Source: Bdellovibrionales bacterium (lineage in GTDB: Bacteria; Bdellovibrionota; Bdellovibrionia; Bdellovibrionales; UBA1609). Taken from it: DNA of 64,000 nucleotides. Every line of letters begins with the position of its first letter. The first letter of the stretch is position 1. Below, in pieces: positions 9,945-20,338 of this stretch. The notes under the pieces were generated by a model, which was not told the DNA's origin, did no database searches, and saw nothing but the letters and a program-made list of their open reading frames with translations. Location: the NCBI GenBank assembly GCA_965199825.1, contig OZ241329.1, forward strand, positions 608,001 to 672,000, read 5' to 3'. The position numbers were made by a program, and so were the translations under genes.

Positions 9945-10556
9945 ATGAAGCATTGGATCTTGATATTTCTTTTTAGCCTTTCGGCGCCGTGCGCGTATGC
10001 GACAATGTACAAATATTATGAACTTCGCTCGATGGATCATGATGTGGTGCTGGGAAAAGTGAACCAAAAAATAAATGAGGCAAAAAAAGTTTCGGTTTCT
10101 GACGAAGACGGCGTGGACGAAGATGGTGATCACGAAGCCATCGAGATTCTTCGTGACGCCCTTCGCTTTGCGCTCTCAAGACCTAATCGCGGTGGCGATT
10201 ACTACGACGATATTGTGCCGCCCCTGCGTCGGGAGCTGGGGCAGTACAACGCCTTTGAGGATACATTGGTGAGCTTAAGCGACGAAGCAATGGATGGGAT
10301 CAAAAATCCAAAGCTTCAACCGGTTTATCGCGCCACATATCTTTTTATGCTCGAAAATATTATGAGTGAGATGCAACCTGAAATCGAACGAAAGCCCTTA
10401 TACAAAGCGGCATTAACCAAAATCAAAGATGCAAAGATCGAAATTGCGCCCGAAGTCGCAAAAGAATTAAAAATTTTAAGAAGCATGTACAGCATGGTGT
10501 CACCGTCACAACGAGCTGCTGATGTTTTGACCAAGGCTTCACAAAAAAAGAAATAA
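9945..10556 (+). CDS. hypothetical secreted protein
   Basis: Signal peptide ending AYA, GGAG RBS, 203 aa. Confidence 0.75.
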   Translation: MKHWILIFLFSLSAPCAYATMYKYYELRSMDHDVVLGKVNQKINEAKKVSVSDEDGVDEDGDHEAIEILRDALRFALSRPNRGGDYYDDIVPPLRRELGQYNAFEDTLVSLSDEAMDGIKNPKLQPVYRATYLFMLENIMSEMQPEIERKPLYKAALTKIKDAKIEIAPEVAKELKILRSMYSMVSPSQRAADVLTKASQKKK

Positions 10557-10583
10557 ATCTGTTTCATTTCGAAACATTTTGGC

Positions 10584-10610
10584 TCAAGCACACACCTGAT
10601 TGAACCGAAT
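10584..10610 (+). promoter_or_regulatory. possible sigma28 (FliA)-like promoter
   Basis: TCAA-N16-ACCGAAT just before ATG 10618. Confidence 0.35.
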
Positions 10611-10617
10611 CAGGGGT

Positions 10618-11016
10618 ATGGGTTTACGCGTACTCGTTATTTTTTTTACTACGGCATTGATTTTCGTTGGGGTGGCCTATGAAACTCCGCTGACGTCGGT
10701 GCGAACCCCACAAAGTATCAAGCCCGCTGTGCAAACCTTGGCGACCGAACCCTTAAAATTGTCATGTCATGCAGAGAGTATTTCGACTTCGTCGCACCGT
10801 GTGAGGTTTAATCTAAAACCCTGCTCGACCAAAGCCAAAGAGGTCAGTTTGGTTAACCAGACCAATGGCTACCTCGCCACCGTTTTTAAAAATCAAAATC
10901 ATTCGCTCAGCACAGATTTTATCACTCTTGAAAAAGGTGAAAATACCATCACCGTTTCATTCAACGATCCCGATGGCGCGGTCAAAACTTTGAAAGTTTT
11001 GGTTCAACGCAATTAA
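10618..11016 (+). CDS. hypothetical membrane-anchored protein with Ig-like C-terminal domain
   Basis: N-terminal TM; ITLEKGENTITVS beta-sandwich pattern; start placed at ATG 10618. Confidence 0.7.
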   Translation: MGLRVLVIFFTTALIFVGVAYETPLTSVRTPQSIKPAVQTLATEPLKLSCHAESISTSSHRVRFNLKPCSTKAKEVSLVNQTNGYLATVFKNQNHSLSTDFITLEKGENTITVSFNDPDGAVKTLKVLVQRN

Positions 11017-11810
11017 TTGCGATAAGTTAATCCAACCAACACAACATTTTGGCGAATATAGCCATCAATCGTCTCTGCACCTTCGGTCCCGGCGGTATAG
11101 CTAGTGCCTTGAATATTTGCCGAGAGCGCTTTTGTAAATGCGCGCGAGAGAGTGAGGCGCACCACACTTGAAATCAAACGGTAATCGGCAAAAACAGAAA
11201 CATGATCTGTCAGATTGTATTTCAGCGTGGTGATCATTTCGCCACTGCCGAGGTAGTAACTCATTTTAAAATCAACATTATAGGGATTATCAAAAATGGC
11301 ATCGAGATAATTCCCTGACAGATTGTAACGAAAATTAATTTTGTAGCCTTGCTTCACCTGCACGTCGATATTTGAGAGCTTATCTTTGGCTTCATATACC
11401 GGTCGCAGTTGATCGCTCTCTTTAAAAAAAGCATCGGCGTGATACTCTATCACCCGACGAATCATGTACTCGCCAAAACTTTTTTTGCGCGCTAAATCTT
11501 CCTCATAGCTCACATAAAGACCATTATAAAAATACTGATCAAAGCGTGAAGGCAACAGATTGCGCTCAACTTCTGTTCTGCCAAAGCGCTGTTCGTACTG
11601 GGTTTCAAACTCAATCGAAAGATTGCGGGTCAAAAAAGGCTTTTCTTTGTTCAAAGGTTTTGGGTTGGTGATCACAACAAGCTCGTCGTTCTTTTCATCT
11701 TTTTCGCTGGACACATCATCGAGGTAGCCATGTGGCAAGCCCAAAGCCCATCCAAAAGAAAAACCAAAAATTACAAACAGACTGGCGGTCGAAAATGCCA
11801 GTTTTCGCAA
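11013..11810 (-). CDS. hypothetical exported protein, possible outer-membrane beta-barrel
   Basis: Signal peptide from TTG 11810 (MRKLAFSTASLFVIFGFSFGWA); amphipathic strands; ends VVLVGLTYRN. Confidence 0.65.
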   Translation of the reverse strand: MRKLAFSTASLFVIFGFSFGWALGLPHGYLDDVSSEKDEKNDELVVITNPKPLNKEKPFLTRNLSIEFETQYEQRFGRTEVERNLLPSRFDQYFYNGLYVSYEEDLARKKSFGEYMIRRVIEYHADAFFKESDQLRPVYEAKDKLSNIDVQVKQGYKINFRYNLSGNYLDAIFDNPYNVDFKMSYYLGSGEMITTLKYNLTDHVSVFADYRLISSVVRLTLSRAFTKALSANIQGTSYTAGTEGAETIDGYIRQNVVLVGLTYRN

Positions 11811-11854
11811 ATAATCGCATTGAATGGCCAAAAAACGTCCTCTATCCTCTGCAC

Positions 11855-12490
11855 ATGACAAGTGTGGCTTTAAAAAAGCGATCTGACCTTCATCTTTCGC
11901 GAAAGCTCTGGCACACGTTCGGGGTTTTGGCTCTGCTTGCGGTTTACGTGCAGTTCTCGCGACGAATGAGTCTTGAAATCTTAAGCTCGGCAACGGTTGT
12001 TTTTGTAAGCCTTGATCTCTTACGAAAATTTTCGAAATCACTAAATCATTTTCTCACATTACTATTTCGCCCGTTTATGCGCGAGCATGAGCGTCATGGG
12101 TTTGCCGGAACAACCTATCTCCTTTTAGGAGTATTGATCATCATTGCGTTTTTTCCAAAGCCCGTTTGCATTCTCTCACTTTTATTTTTGGCCGTTGCCG
12201 ATCCTTTAGCAAGCCTGGTCGGAATCCTCTACGGCAAAGATAAGATTTGTGGACCAAAAAGTTTGCAAGGAAGTTCCGCCGCATTTTCGGCCTGCACAGT
12301 GATTGCTGGAATTTATTTTTTTACCCATCATTTAATGATCGATCGTTTAGTGATTGTCAGTCTCCTTGCTGGAGTGATTGGCGCCATTTCTGAACTTATT
12401 CCCATTTTCAATATTGACGACAATCTGACTTTTCCGATTGTGAGTTCAGGGTTTTTACACGCCCTCTTTTGGCTATTTGGAGGATTTTAA
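11855..12490 (+). CDS. dolichol/phytol/diacylglycerol kinase (CTP transferase) family membrane protein
   Basis: RKLWH, ADPLASLVG, KSLQGS, IDDNLTFP motifs. Confidence 0.85.
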   Translation: MTSVALKKRSDLHLSRKLWHTFGVLALLAVYVQFSRRMSLEILSSATVVFVSLDLLRKFSKSLNHFLTLLFRPFMREHERHGFAGTTYLLLGVLIIIAFFPKPVCILSLLFLAVADPLASLVGILYGKDKICGPKSLQGSSAAFSACTVIAGIYFFTHHLMIDRLVIVSLLAGVIGAISELIPIFNIDDNLTFPIVSSGFLHALFWLFGGF

Positions 12491-13287
12491 TGGAAGAACA
12501 ACAACCCCACCGCTCACTGATGAGACGCCGAATCAGCATGCACATTTATGTGCTCCCCAATTTGCTCACCACCGGAAATATGTTTTGCGGATTTTTTGCG
12601 ATGATTTATGCCATTCATGGCAGCTTCATATGGGCCGCTTACGCCATTGTCAGCGCCGCCGTTTTTGATTTGCTCGATGGACGTGTGGCTCGAATGACTC
12701 ACTCAACAAGTCAATTTGGCAAAGAATATGATTCCTTATCTGATTGTATCAGCTTTGGTGTTGCACCCAGCCTGCTGCTTTTTGAATGGTCGCTTCAACC
12801 CTTTGGAAGATTAGGTTGGCTCGCTTCATTTTTCTTTGTGGCTTGCGGCGCCTTGCGCCTCGCCCGATACAATGTGCAACAACACGTTGTCGAAAAAAAT
12901 TATTTTCAAGGTTTGCCCATTCCAATGGCTGCAGGAATTGTTGCAAGCTCGGTCTTGGCATTTCAAGATCTTAATCTGACCGCTGCACATTCGCGCTGGA
13001 TTCTTGCAATGACCTTTTTACTTGGCTTTGTGATGGTCTCAACTTTTCGTTATCGCTCATTCAAAGATATTGATCTTAAACAACGACTGCCCTTTTCTTA
13101 TTTAGTGATTGGAGTGTTTTTATTTGCTGTGATTGCTATCCATCCCGAGGTCATGCTATTTGCACTTTTTCTCACCTACGCTGTCTTAGGTGCGATATTT
13201 GGATTTTTGCGTTTAGGTCGATCGCCAAGACGAATTTCTGATGAGCACGAAGACGATTTACAAGAGGAAATTTTGGAGGACAAATGA
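12490..13287 (+). CDS. pssA: CDP-diacylglycerol--serine O-phosphatidyltransferase
   Basis: LPNLLTTGN, DLLDGRVAR...GKEYDSLSD CDP-alcohol motif, RLARYN, FQGLPIP. Confidence 0.93.
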   Translation: MEEQQPHRSLMRRRISMHIYVLPNLLTTGNMFCGFFAMIYAIHGSFIWAAYAIVSAAVFDLLDGRVARMTHSTSQFGKEYDSLSDCISFGVAPSLLLFEWSLQPFGRLGWLASFFFVACGALRLARYNVQQHVVEKNYFQGLPIPMAAGIVASSVLAFQDLNLTAAHSRWILAMTFLLGFVMVSTFRYRSFKDIDLKQRLPFSYLVIGVFLFAVIAIHPEVMLFALFLTYAVLGAIFGFLRLGRSPRRISDEHEDDLQEEILEDK

Positions 13288-14258
13288 GACTCGGTGTGGT
13301 CGGCGCCACTGGAATGGTCGGCGAAGAATTTTTAAAACTGATGAATCAACGAAATTTTAAAGCCGAACACGTTCGTCTTTTTGCGAGCGACAAATCCGCT
13401 GGTACAAAACTTCAGTTTCAAAATAAATCGGTCACGGTCGAAACTTTATCCGAAGGCTGCTTTGATGATTTGGATTTAGTTTTCTTTTCTTCGGGCGATG
13501 ATATTTCAAAAGAATGGGCGCCCAAAGCAGTAAAAGCCGGAGCCTTTGCGGTAGACAATTCGGGTGCATTTCGGATGGACGAAAACACAATTCTTTGTGT
13601 GCCCGAAGTTAACGGCGACATTTTGCCAAATAAAAATAATCCCCAAATCATCGCCAATCCCAATTGCTCAACAATCCAATTGGTGATGGCCCTAAAACCT
13701 CTTGATGATGCGTTTCGTGTGAGCGAAGTGCGAGTTTCCACCTATCAAGCAGTTTCAGGAGCAGGAAAACCCGCCGAGGCCGAGCTCAAATCCCAAATCG
13801 AAAATCCAAATCACGAGCCCAAATATTTTCCTCAAGCCATCGCCTTTAATTGTATTCCCCAAATTGGTTCAATTGATGACGAAGGCTTCTGCACCGAAGA
13901 ATCAAAAATCATGCGCGAGACAAAAAAAATCTTACGCCGTCCCGATTTAAAAATTTCGGCTTGGACCGTTCGGGTTCCAGTAATCAATGGTCACAGCGAA
14001 GCCGCGTGGGTCACACTTGAGCGGCCCGCAAAAAAATCAGAGATCACCACAGTCTTAAATAAAATGCCCGGTGTCGAAGTGATTGAATATCCCACCGCAC
14101 TTTCAAGTTCGGGCCGCGATCCGGTTTTTATTGGGCGCATTCATCAAGATTTGGATTTTCCAAAAACATGGATGATGTGGATTGTGGCCGATAATATTCG
14201 AAAAGGGGCGGCACTTAATGGAATTCAAATTGCCGAGAGGATTTTTGACATCTCTTGA
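13284..14258 (+). CDS. asd: aspartate-semialdehyde dehydrogenase
   Basis: GATGMVG, ANPNCST, YQAVSGAG, DNIRKGAALN. Confidence 0.96.
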   Translation: MRLGVVGATGMVGEEFLKLMNQRNFKAEHVRLFASDKSAGTKLQFQNKSVTVETLSEGCFDDLDLVFFSSGDDISKEWAPKAVKAGAFAVDNSGAFRMDENTILCVPEVNGDILPNKNNPQIIANPNCSTIQLVMALKPLDDAFRVSEVRVSTYQAVSGAGKPAEAELKSQIENPNHEPKYFPQAIAFNCIPQIGSIDDEGFCTEESKIMRETKKILRRPDLKISAWTVRVPVINGHSEAAWVTLERPAKKSEITTVLNKMPGVEVIEYPTALSSSGRDPVFIGRIHQDLDFPKTWMMWIVADNIRKGAALNGIQIAERIFDIS

Positions 14259-14273
14259 GCCTCGTGGTCTCAT
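14245..14273 (+). promoter_or_regulatory. possible sigma70 promoter giving a leaderless transcript
   Basis: TTGACA-N17-TCTCAT with TG extension, 6 nt before ATG 14280. Confidence 0.4.
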
Positions 14274-14279
14274 CGCTGG

Positions 14280-15749
14280 ATGGGTCGACAGCTCCTCTAT
14301 TTGCTTCTCATTTTTTTTAGCTTGAATAGCTCGGCGGTGATCGTCATCAATTCGATCACGGGCGCATCAAAAGTCGACCTTGGCTTAAACGGACAAACCC
14401 AAGCCGCCACTGTCACTACCACCGTCTCTGCAACACCCCAAATTTATGGCGGTACTGCCGGCGTCGTGAATAACTGCGCAGGCACAGGACAAGTGATCAA
14501 TGCGACTGATAATACCTGTAACAGCTGTGCGGGAACTACCAGTTTGACCGCCTGCAATCTTCAAGGAATCTATCCAAACTTATCTTTGCAAATCACATTT
14601 TACTCGACCACCCTCACCCAACTTGGCGTTCCGTTGTTGCTTGACCCCAACAACAATGTGATCGGAACCGCAGTACAAAGTTCTGCAGGTGCGAATGCTC
14701 CAGCCGTTATCACAGTAAGATGGGCCGACATTTGTAATGTGGGATCATCCGGCAGCAGTGACTGCAGCACACCGACCGAAGTGACATTGCAATTGGGATT
14801 TAGTGTGGGCGGAGCCAACAATTTTACCGGCACGGGAGCGGATACTCCAACCCAACTCAACTTTCATATTTATACTCCTCCAACTGGGGGCGCCGATGAC
14901 ACCGTAGATTTTTGCGGCGGCGGAGCAGCCTCCATCGCAACTTCGGGAGTGTGTGGCTGGCGGGCTTTTCCGGGCGATGCCAAAATCTATTTAGATCAAG
15001 ATTATTTTGTTCCAGGCTCAAATTTTCCAAACGTGGATACGAGCGGCGGCGGAAGCGCCAACGTGCAAATTGATCAACTGCTCCTTTTTTATTCCACTAC
15101 CGACTTCGCATCGATTTTGCCGAGTTCACCCTACAAGGCCTTTCAACTCCAAACCAATGCGAACCTTACTGCGGGAACCATAGCTTCAAACAGCATTGAT
15201 GTGATTCCGAGTTCTGCTTCTGGTTTTGATAATTACACTCCGTACTTTTTTCGTTTAGCAGCCAAGGATCAAGCCGGAAATGTGGCCTACTTTACCTCGG
15301 ACCAAGCGATCAACACCGCTTGCTCCTCTTCCGGTGGAACCGGAATCACCGCCTCTGCTGTGGATGACAACGTTTTACAAAATTGTCCATTTATCGCAAA
15401 ACCTGATCCGGTACATGGACTGCTCAACAAAGATCTCAATTGTTTTATCGCTTCGGCGGCTTATGGATCATTTCTAGATTCGCGCCTTCAGGATTTCAGA
15501 GCCTTTCGCTCACGATTTATTTTGAGCAATTCGATTGGGCGAAGCTTCAACAAATTTTATTACACTTACGGCCCTTACGCCGCCCGATTTCTTGAAGCCC
15601 ACTCTTGGATTAAATTTCCGGTGCGCCTATTACTTACTCCCGTTTGGTTATTTGCCCGCCTCAGTCTTTGGACAAATCTGTGGGCCACAATTTTATTTTT
15701 AATTTGCTTTTGCTATTTAGGTTCAAGGTTACGGCGTGCGATATTTTAA
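14280..15749 (+). CDS. Cys/Thr/Gly-rich exported protein with CFI-box-CTERM-type C-terminal domain
   Basis: Signal peptide; C-terminal CFIASAAYGS...FR.FR...GRSFNKFYY..GP, then TM and basic tail. Confidence 0.8.
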   Translation: MGRQLLYLLLIFFSLNSSAVIVINSITGASKVDLGLNGQTQAATVTTTVSATPQIYGGTAGVVNNCAGTGQVINATDNTCNSCAGTTSLTACNLQGIYPNLSLQITFYSTTLTQLGVPLLLDPNNNVIGTAVQSSAGANAPAVITVRWADICNVGSSGSSDCSTPTEVTLQLGFSVGGANNFTGTGADTPTQLNFHIYTPPTGGADDTVDFCGGGAASIATSGVCGWRAFPGDAKIYLDQDYFVPGSNFPNVDTSGGGSANVQIDQLLLFYSTTDFASILPSSPYKAFQLQTNANLTAGTIASNSIDVIPSSASGFDNYTPYFFRLAAKDQAGNVAYFTSDQAINTACSSSGGTGITASAVDDNVLQNCPFIAKPDPVHGLLNKDLNCFIASAAYGSFLDSRLQDFRAFRSRFILSNSIGRSFNKFYYTYGPYAARFLEAHSWIKFPVRLLLTPVWLFARLSLWTNLWATILFLICFCYLGSRLRRAIF

Positions 15750-16716
15750 TCTGCTGTTTGCCTTGATTTCACCTTTTGCGCTGAGTGAAGATCTCAACAC
15801 CGATCCCTCTTTTTTTGAAAAGCCACAGCCTGCGGTTTCGCAAACTCCCGACCAAGCACCACTCGTAAAACCGACGCCCGTGCCGACTGTGTCTCCAACT
15901 GCAAAACCGCCAGCCGTTCGAGTTGAGCCCCAACTGCAAGAACCCTTAGAGCTTGAGCCTGCCGCAGCACCCGCACCGCAAGCCGATCCCAACCAACTGC
16001 CCATTCCTGATATTCGCAACTACACCTTGGAGCCAAAATTTATTGAGCATCCCCTTTCTAAAAAAGGGTTGGTCAAGATCGATAGCGATCGCACATATAT
16101 TTACGATATCAAAAAGAGCGATCAGACCCGAGCTGTTTCGGTGCGCTTTGCATTGTTCACTCCTAAGCAATTGCGCAATTCTTCAACCGGAGTGAGCTTT
16201 ACCGATCTTTACACCGTTGGCAGCGTTCCAATGCTTCTGGTCGACTATGAATGGATGCTCTGGCGCACATTTGGAAAACTGTATTTTACTTTGGGTTCAG
16301 GAATTTTTACGGGCAGTGGTCATGGCCGGTTTGAAACCGAAACTTATTTTACACCAAAAGAAACATTCACCTTTGCGGTATTTCCAATCAATGTTGGGGT
16401 CGCATGGCGCATTCAATTTTTTGAACGACAAATCTTTGTTCCTTACCTCGCCGGCGGCGGAACCCTGTTTCCATTCGCCGAAATTCGCGATGATGGAACA
16501 AAACCAAAATTCGGCATGGCTTACGGCGCCTACAGCGGCGCCGGACTCCAGATCAACGCCAATTTTATGGATACCAAGTCTATGGCTGATCTCGATCGCG
16601 AATATGGCATCAATGATGTTTATTTTACGGGTGAATTCCGCTTGTACCAAGGCAATCCAAACAAATTTGATTTTTCGGGGACAGCCATCAATTTTGGCAT
16701 ACTCATGGAATTTTAA
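15736..16716 (+). CDS. outer-membrane beta-barrel protein with Pro-rich N-terminal linker
   Basis: Signal peptide, Pro-rich region, amphipathic strands, terminal Phe (GILMEF). Confidence 0.75.
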   Translation: MRYFNLLFALISPFALSEDLNTDPSFFEKPQPAVSQTPDQAPLVKPTPVPTVSPTAKPPAVRVEPQLQEPLELEPAAAPAPQADPNQLPIPDIRNYTLEPKFIEHPLSKKGLVKIDSDRTYIYDIKKSDQTRAVSVRFALFTPKQLRNSSTGVSFTDLYTVGSVPMLLVDYEWMLWRTFGKLYFTLGSGIFTGSGHGRFETETYFTPKETFTFAVFPINVGVAWRIQFFERQIFVPYLAGGGTLFPFAEIRDDGTKPKFGMAYGAYSGAGLQINANFMDTKSMADLDREYGINDVYFTGEFRLYQGNPNKFDFSGTAINFGILMEF

Positions 16717-16827
16717 GAGTGGCCCCCTTAATTGTTTGTGCAAATAAATAGTCCAATCTAAATAGAACCTCACTCGGCTTGGCCTCTATCCGCCAATACC
16801 AAAATTTTTAAAGGGGCCAGATACAAG

Positions 16828-17604
16828 ATGTCGCATAAAATTAAGTTGCGATTGAGCTACGACGGAGCCGACTTTGCCGGCTGGCAAAGACAAAAAACCG
16901 CCCGTCCCACCGTGCAAGGCGAGCTCGAAAAAGCGCTCTCAAAAATGTTTGATGAACCGATTGTTGTCACAGGTTCAAGTCGAACCGATTCAGGCGTACA
17001 CGCTCTCAATCAGGTGGCCCATTTTTATGTCAGCAAAGATCCATCCCGCTACCAAGTTGTGAGAGGAATCAATTCTCTCACACCTTCAGGTTTGGTGATT
17101 CGAGAGGCGTGGATTGCACCTGATGATTTTCATGCGATCACCTCTACCGTAAATAAAACTTATCGCTATTTTATTTGGAATCATCGCGAACGCAATCCAT
17201 TCAAACGAAATTACTTTACCCATATCGGCCGCGAGCTCAATGTGTCGCTGTTAAACCGGATCATACGCGAGGTGATCGGAGAATTTGATTTCAAGAGTTT
17301 TCAGACTCGGGGGTCCACTCCCAAAACCACAGTGCGAACAATTACCGAGGCCCTTTGGCAAAAAACAGGGCCCCATCAAATCGAGCTGGTGATGGAGGGG
17401 TCAGGTTTTTTAAAACAAATGGTCAGAAATATTGTGGGCACCACCCTCGATTTGTGTTTGCAAAATCAAGATCCACAAAAAATGCGCGAGATCCTATTTT
17501 CGCAGAAAAGGGCCTCCGCCTTGGGTACCGCCCCCGCCCATGGGCTTTATCTTTGGGCAATTCAATACCCCAAGAGTCTTGACAAGAAGTGCCTGAAACT
17601 CTAA
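16828..17604 (+). CDS. truA: tRNA pseudouridine(38-40) synthase
   Basis: YDGADFAGWQ, SRTDSGVHA, FLKQMVRNIVG, APAHGL. Confidence 0.96.
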   Translation: MSHKIKLRLSYDGADFAGWQRQKTARPTVQGELEKALSKMFDEPIVVTGSSRTDSGVHALNQVAHFYVSKDPSRYQVVRGINSLTPSGLVIREAWIAPDDFHAITSTVNKTYRYFIWNHRERNPFKRNYFTHIGRELNVSLLNRIIREVIGEFDFKSFQTRGSTPKTTVRTITEALWQKTGPHQIELVMEGSGFLKQMVRNIVGTTLDLCLQNQDPQKMREILFSQKRASALGTAPAHGLYLWAIQYPKSLDKKCLKL

Positions 17605-17648
17605 ACCCTATTGTTCTCTTATAGAATCACTCGAAAGGGTCAAAGCTC

Positions 17649-18092
17649 ATGAAAACGTGGAACGCAAAACCTGAAGAGGTTGAGCGCAAATGGTGGATCG
17701 TTGATGCCACCGATCAAACCTTAGGGCGTTTAGCCTCACAAATTGCCAGCACCATTCGCGGCAAAAACAAACCCACCTTTACTCCCCATGTGGATACAGG
17801 CGATTTTGTAGTTGTGATCAACTCTGAAAAGATCAAAGTTTCTCGCGAACTTGATGCGATGAAATACTATAGTCACTCGCGATTTTTTGGTGGAATAAAA
17901 ACTTGGTCTGCAAAAGAGCAGATGAACAAAGACGCCACCGAAATTTTACGAACAGCGGTCAAAGGAATGTTGCCAAAAACCAAATTGGGCCGATCATTGA
18001 TTGATCATTTAAAAGCCTATAAAGGTGGCGATCACCCCCACGATGCTCAACGACCACAACCTTTAAAAATCATTGATTTCAAACGGGATTAA
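17649..18092 (+). CDS. rplM: 50S ribosomal protein L13
   Basis: [32 protein letters not shown]. Confidence 0.98.
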   Translation: MKTWNAKPEEVERKWWIVDATDQTLGRLASQIASTIRGKNKPTFTPHVDTGDFVVVINSEKIKVSRELDAMKYYSHSRFFGGIKTWSAKEQMNKDATEILRTAVKGMLPKTKLGRSLIDHLKAYKGGDHPHDAQRPQPLKIIDFKRD

Positions 18093-18094
18093 GC

Positions 18095-18493
18095 ATGGCA
18101 CCTGAAAAAAAAGTAATTTACGCAACTGGCCGACGCAAAACTTCTAAAGCCCGTATTTTTTTACGACCAGGCTCTGGAAACATTGATATTAATGGCAAAC
18201 CTTCTGATAAATACTTGGGCACTAATTCTGCTCGAGCCTCGGTGGTGCAACCTTTAATTTTGACAGACACCCAAAAGCAATTTGATCTGATGATCACAGT
18301 TGCTGGTGGCGGAATCACGGGTCAAGCCGAAGCCATTCGTCATGGCGTTTCGCGCGCACTGTGCTCGGTTGACGAAGCATTTCGTGCCACACTTAAAAAA
18401 GCGGGATTTTTAACTCGCGATCCTCGTATGGTTGAGCGCAAAAAATACGGCAAACATAAAGCCCGTAAGTCGACTCAATTTTCTAAACGATAA
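18095..18493 (+). CDS. rpsI: 30S ribosomal protein S9
   Basis: [36 protein letters not shown]. Confidence 0.98.
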   Translation: MAPEKKVIYATGRRKTSKARIFLRPGSGNIDINGKPSDKYLGTNSARASVVQPLILTDTQKQFDLMITVAGGGITGQAEAIRHGVSRALCSVDEAFRATLKKAGFLTRDPRMVERKKYGKHKARKSTQFSKR

Positions 18494-19498
18494 TTATTCA
18501 TCTAAAATATAGTTGATGGGATCCACGGGAACTCCGTGGATTCGAACTTCGTAATGCACATGGGGTCCGGTCGAATGACCCGTCGATCCGATGGCTGCAA
18601 TCACGTCGCGCCGTTTTACTTTTTGACCAAGTTCTACAAATACTCGCGAGTTGTGTCCAAAACGGGTGACCACACCGTAGCCGTGATCGACCGAAACCAA
18701 TTTTCCATAGCCTTCTTCAAATCCGACATAAGACACCACGCCATCTGCAGGTGAATAGACAGGGGCACCGGGTGGGCCTGCGATATCGATTCCGGCATGC
18801 ATGATCGCTTTGCTGTTAAATGGATCAATGCGGTACCCAAATCGCGAGGTAAACCAACCTCTTGCCGGTCGGATGCTTGGGGTGGCGCTTAATAAACTTT
18901 GGCGTTCGGACAAGGTTTCATACAGTTGCAATATTCCTTGTTCTCGCAGGTGGGTTTCTTTGACCGCGCGATCGATTCGGATCGAGAGAGTCGCATAATC
19001 TTTTTTGCCTTCATTACTGAGCTCGCCTTTGAATTCATCGAGGGGTGGGCGTTGCATAAACATCGAATCTTTGTTTGTGATCTCTGATGCGGGACCTCGT
19101 TCGGCCATCGATTCAGCCGAACCCTCGATGGGCTGACCAGGCTTTGGTTGGGGGCCGATTGCGAGTTTGACCGAGCGGTCTTCATCATCCGTGTTGGTAA
19201 TCAACTTTAGTTTTTTTGAAAAATTTTGGACTCTTTCAAGTGAGTTTTCGAGCGAATTGATTTTGCCTTCGACCACCTGAAATTGCCGTTTTAAATTTAA
19301 ATTCTCGGCTCGAAGTCTTTTGTTTTCATTTGCTTGCAGTAATAGCCCAACATAATCAACGGTTGCGACACCCAGTAAGATTGTTACCAAGATCAACATC
19401 AATATCGAAAGCTTAAGTAATGGAGCCGAGATGCTCAGTCGCTTCGTTTCGCCGCGGCGATTGCTTGTAATTAAAACGGTGTAGGTCTTTTGATCCAA
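18494..19498 (-). CDS. M23 family metallopeptidase with N-terminal TM and coiled coil
   Basis: HAGID and TGPHVHYEV zinc motifs. Confidence 0.92.
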   Translation of the reverse strand: MDQKTYTVLITSNRRGETKRLSISAPLLKLSILMLILVTILLGVATVDYVGLLLQANENKRLRAENLNLKRQFQVVEGKINSLENSLERVQNFSKKLKLITNTDDEDRSVKLAIGPQPKPGQPIEGSAESMAERGPASEITNKDSMFMQRPPLDEFKGELSNEGKKDYATLSIRIDRAVKETHLREQGILQLYETLSERQSLLSATPSIRPARGWFTSRFGYRIDPFNSKAIMHAGIDIAGPPGAPVYSPADGVVSYVGFEEGYGKLVSVDHGYGVVTRFGHNSRVFVELGQKVKRRDVIAAIGSTGHSTGPHVHYEVRIHGVPVDPINYILDE

Positions 19499-19514
19499 CT
19501 TTTTTTAATCCTCG

Positions 19515-20249
19515 TTAAAACTTTGGTCTGACCACAATAACAGAGACGTTGTCATCGCCACCCGCCTTTTTTGCGGCCTCGATGCAATTATGAACAATTT
19601 TTTCAGGGGTCGAGCGGATACAGATTTCGGCAATCACCGAATTTTGGCAAAGGCCGGAGAGCCCATCCGAACAGAGTAAAAAGCAATCATCGGGCTGAAC
19701 TTCGCGCTCGATCACATCGACATTGACGTCGCGCTCAAATCCCACGCTGCGAGTGATCACATTGCGGCCTTGCATATACTGAGCTTCATCTTCGTGAATC
19801 ACGCCGGCACGAACTTGTTCGTTGATGAGAGAATGATCTTCGGTCAATTGCCACAGGTAGGGCGAGCGAAAAAGATAAGCTCTCGAGTCCCCCACATTGG
19901 CCACATACATTTTTTTACCAAAGGCCATCATACCGATCATAGTTGTGCCCATTCCCATGAGCTCTGGACTTTCATGAGTACTTTTATGATGAATGCGGGC
20001 CGAAGCTTCGCGGTAGGCAAAACTCAAAAGCTCTTTGGGCAAAATCTTTTTATTGGGCTGGCTCATTTCATTGCGAATCACTTCGCTCACTGTTTCGATC
20101 GCCAAAGCTGAGGCGACCTCGCCACCGCGGTGTCCACCCATCCCGTCGGCCACAATAAATAGACCAAGGTCATGGTCGACCAGAATACTGTCCTGATTGA
20201 TTTCTCGGCGTAAGCCCACGTCTGTGTCCGACCATGTTTCAAATTTCAT
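19515..20249 (-). CDS. PP2C-family Ser/Thr phosphatase (Stp1/IreP type)
   Basis: NQD, VADGMGGH, NVGDSRAY, LCSDGL, GGDDN. Confidence 0.94.
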   Translation of the reverse strand: MKFETWSDTDVGLRREINQDSILVDHDLGLFIVADGMGGHRGGEVASALAIETVSEVIRNEMSQPNKKILPKELLSFAYREASARIHHKSTHESPELMGMGTTMIGMMAFGKKMYVANVGDSRAYLFRSPYLWQLTEDHSLINEQVRAGVIHEDEAQYMQGRNVITRSVGFERDVNVDVIEREVQPDDCFLLCSDGLSGLCQNSVIAEICIRSTPEKIVHNCIEAAKKAGGDDNVSVIVVRPKF

Positions 20250-20298
20250 TCTTCACAGTTTATGCATCAGAGGCTGTCGAACCCAAGCCAAATTTATC

Positions 20299-20326
20299 TA
20301 AAACGCCGGGCTCTTTCAGCCGATGA
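20299..20326 (+). promoter_or_regulatory. sigma28 (FliA)-like promoter candidate
   Basis: TAAA-N16-GCCGATGA, 12 nt before ATG 20339. Confidence 0.5.
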
Positions 20327-20338
20327 GAGCATTAAGTT

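Noticed and set aside
17579..17607. TTGACA-N17-TAAACC promoter for rplM inside the truA end
   Set aside because: The -35 is perfect but the -10 is weak; plausible yet ordinary and unverified.
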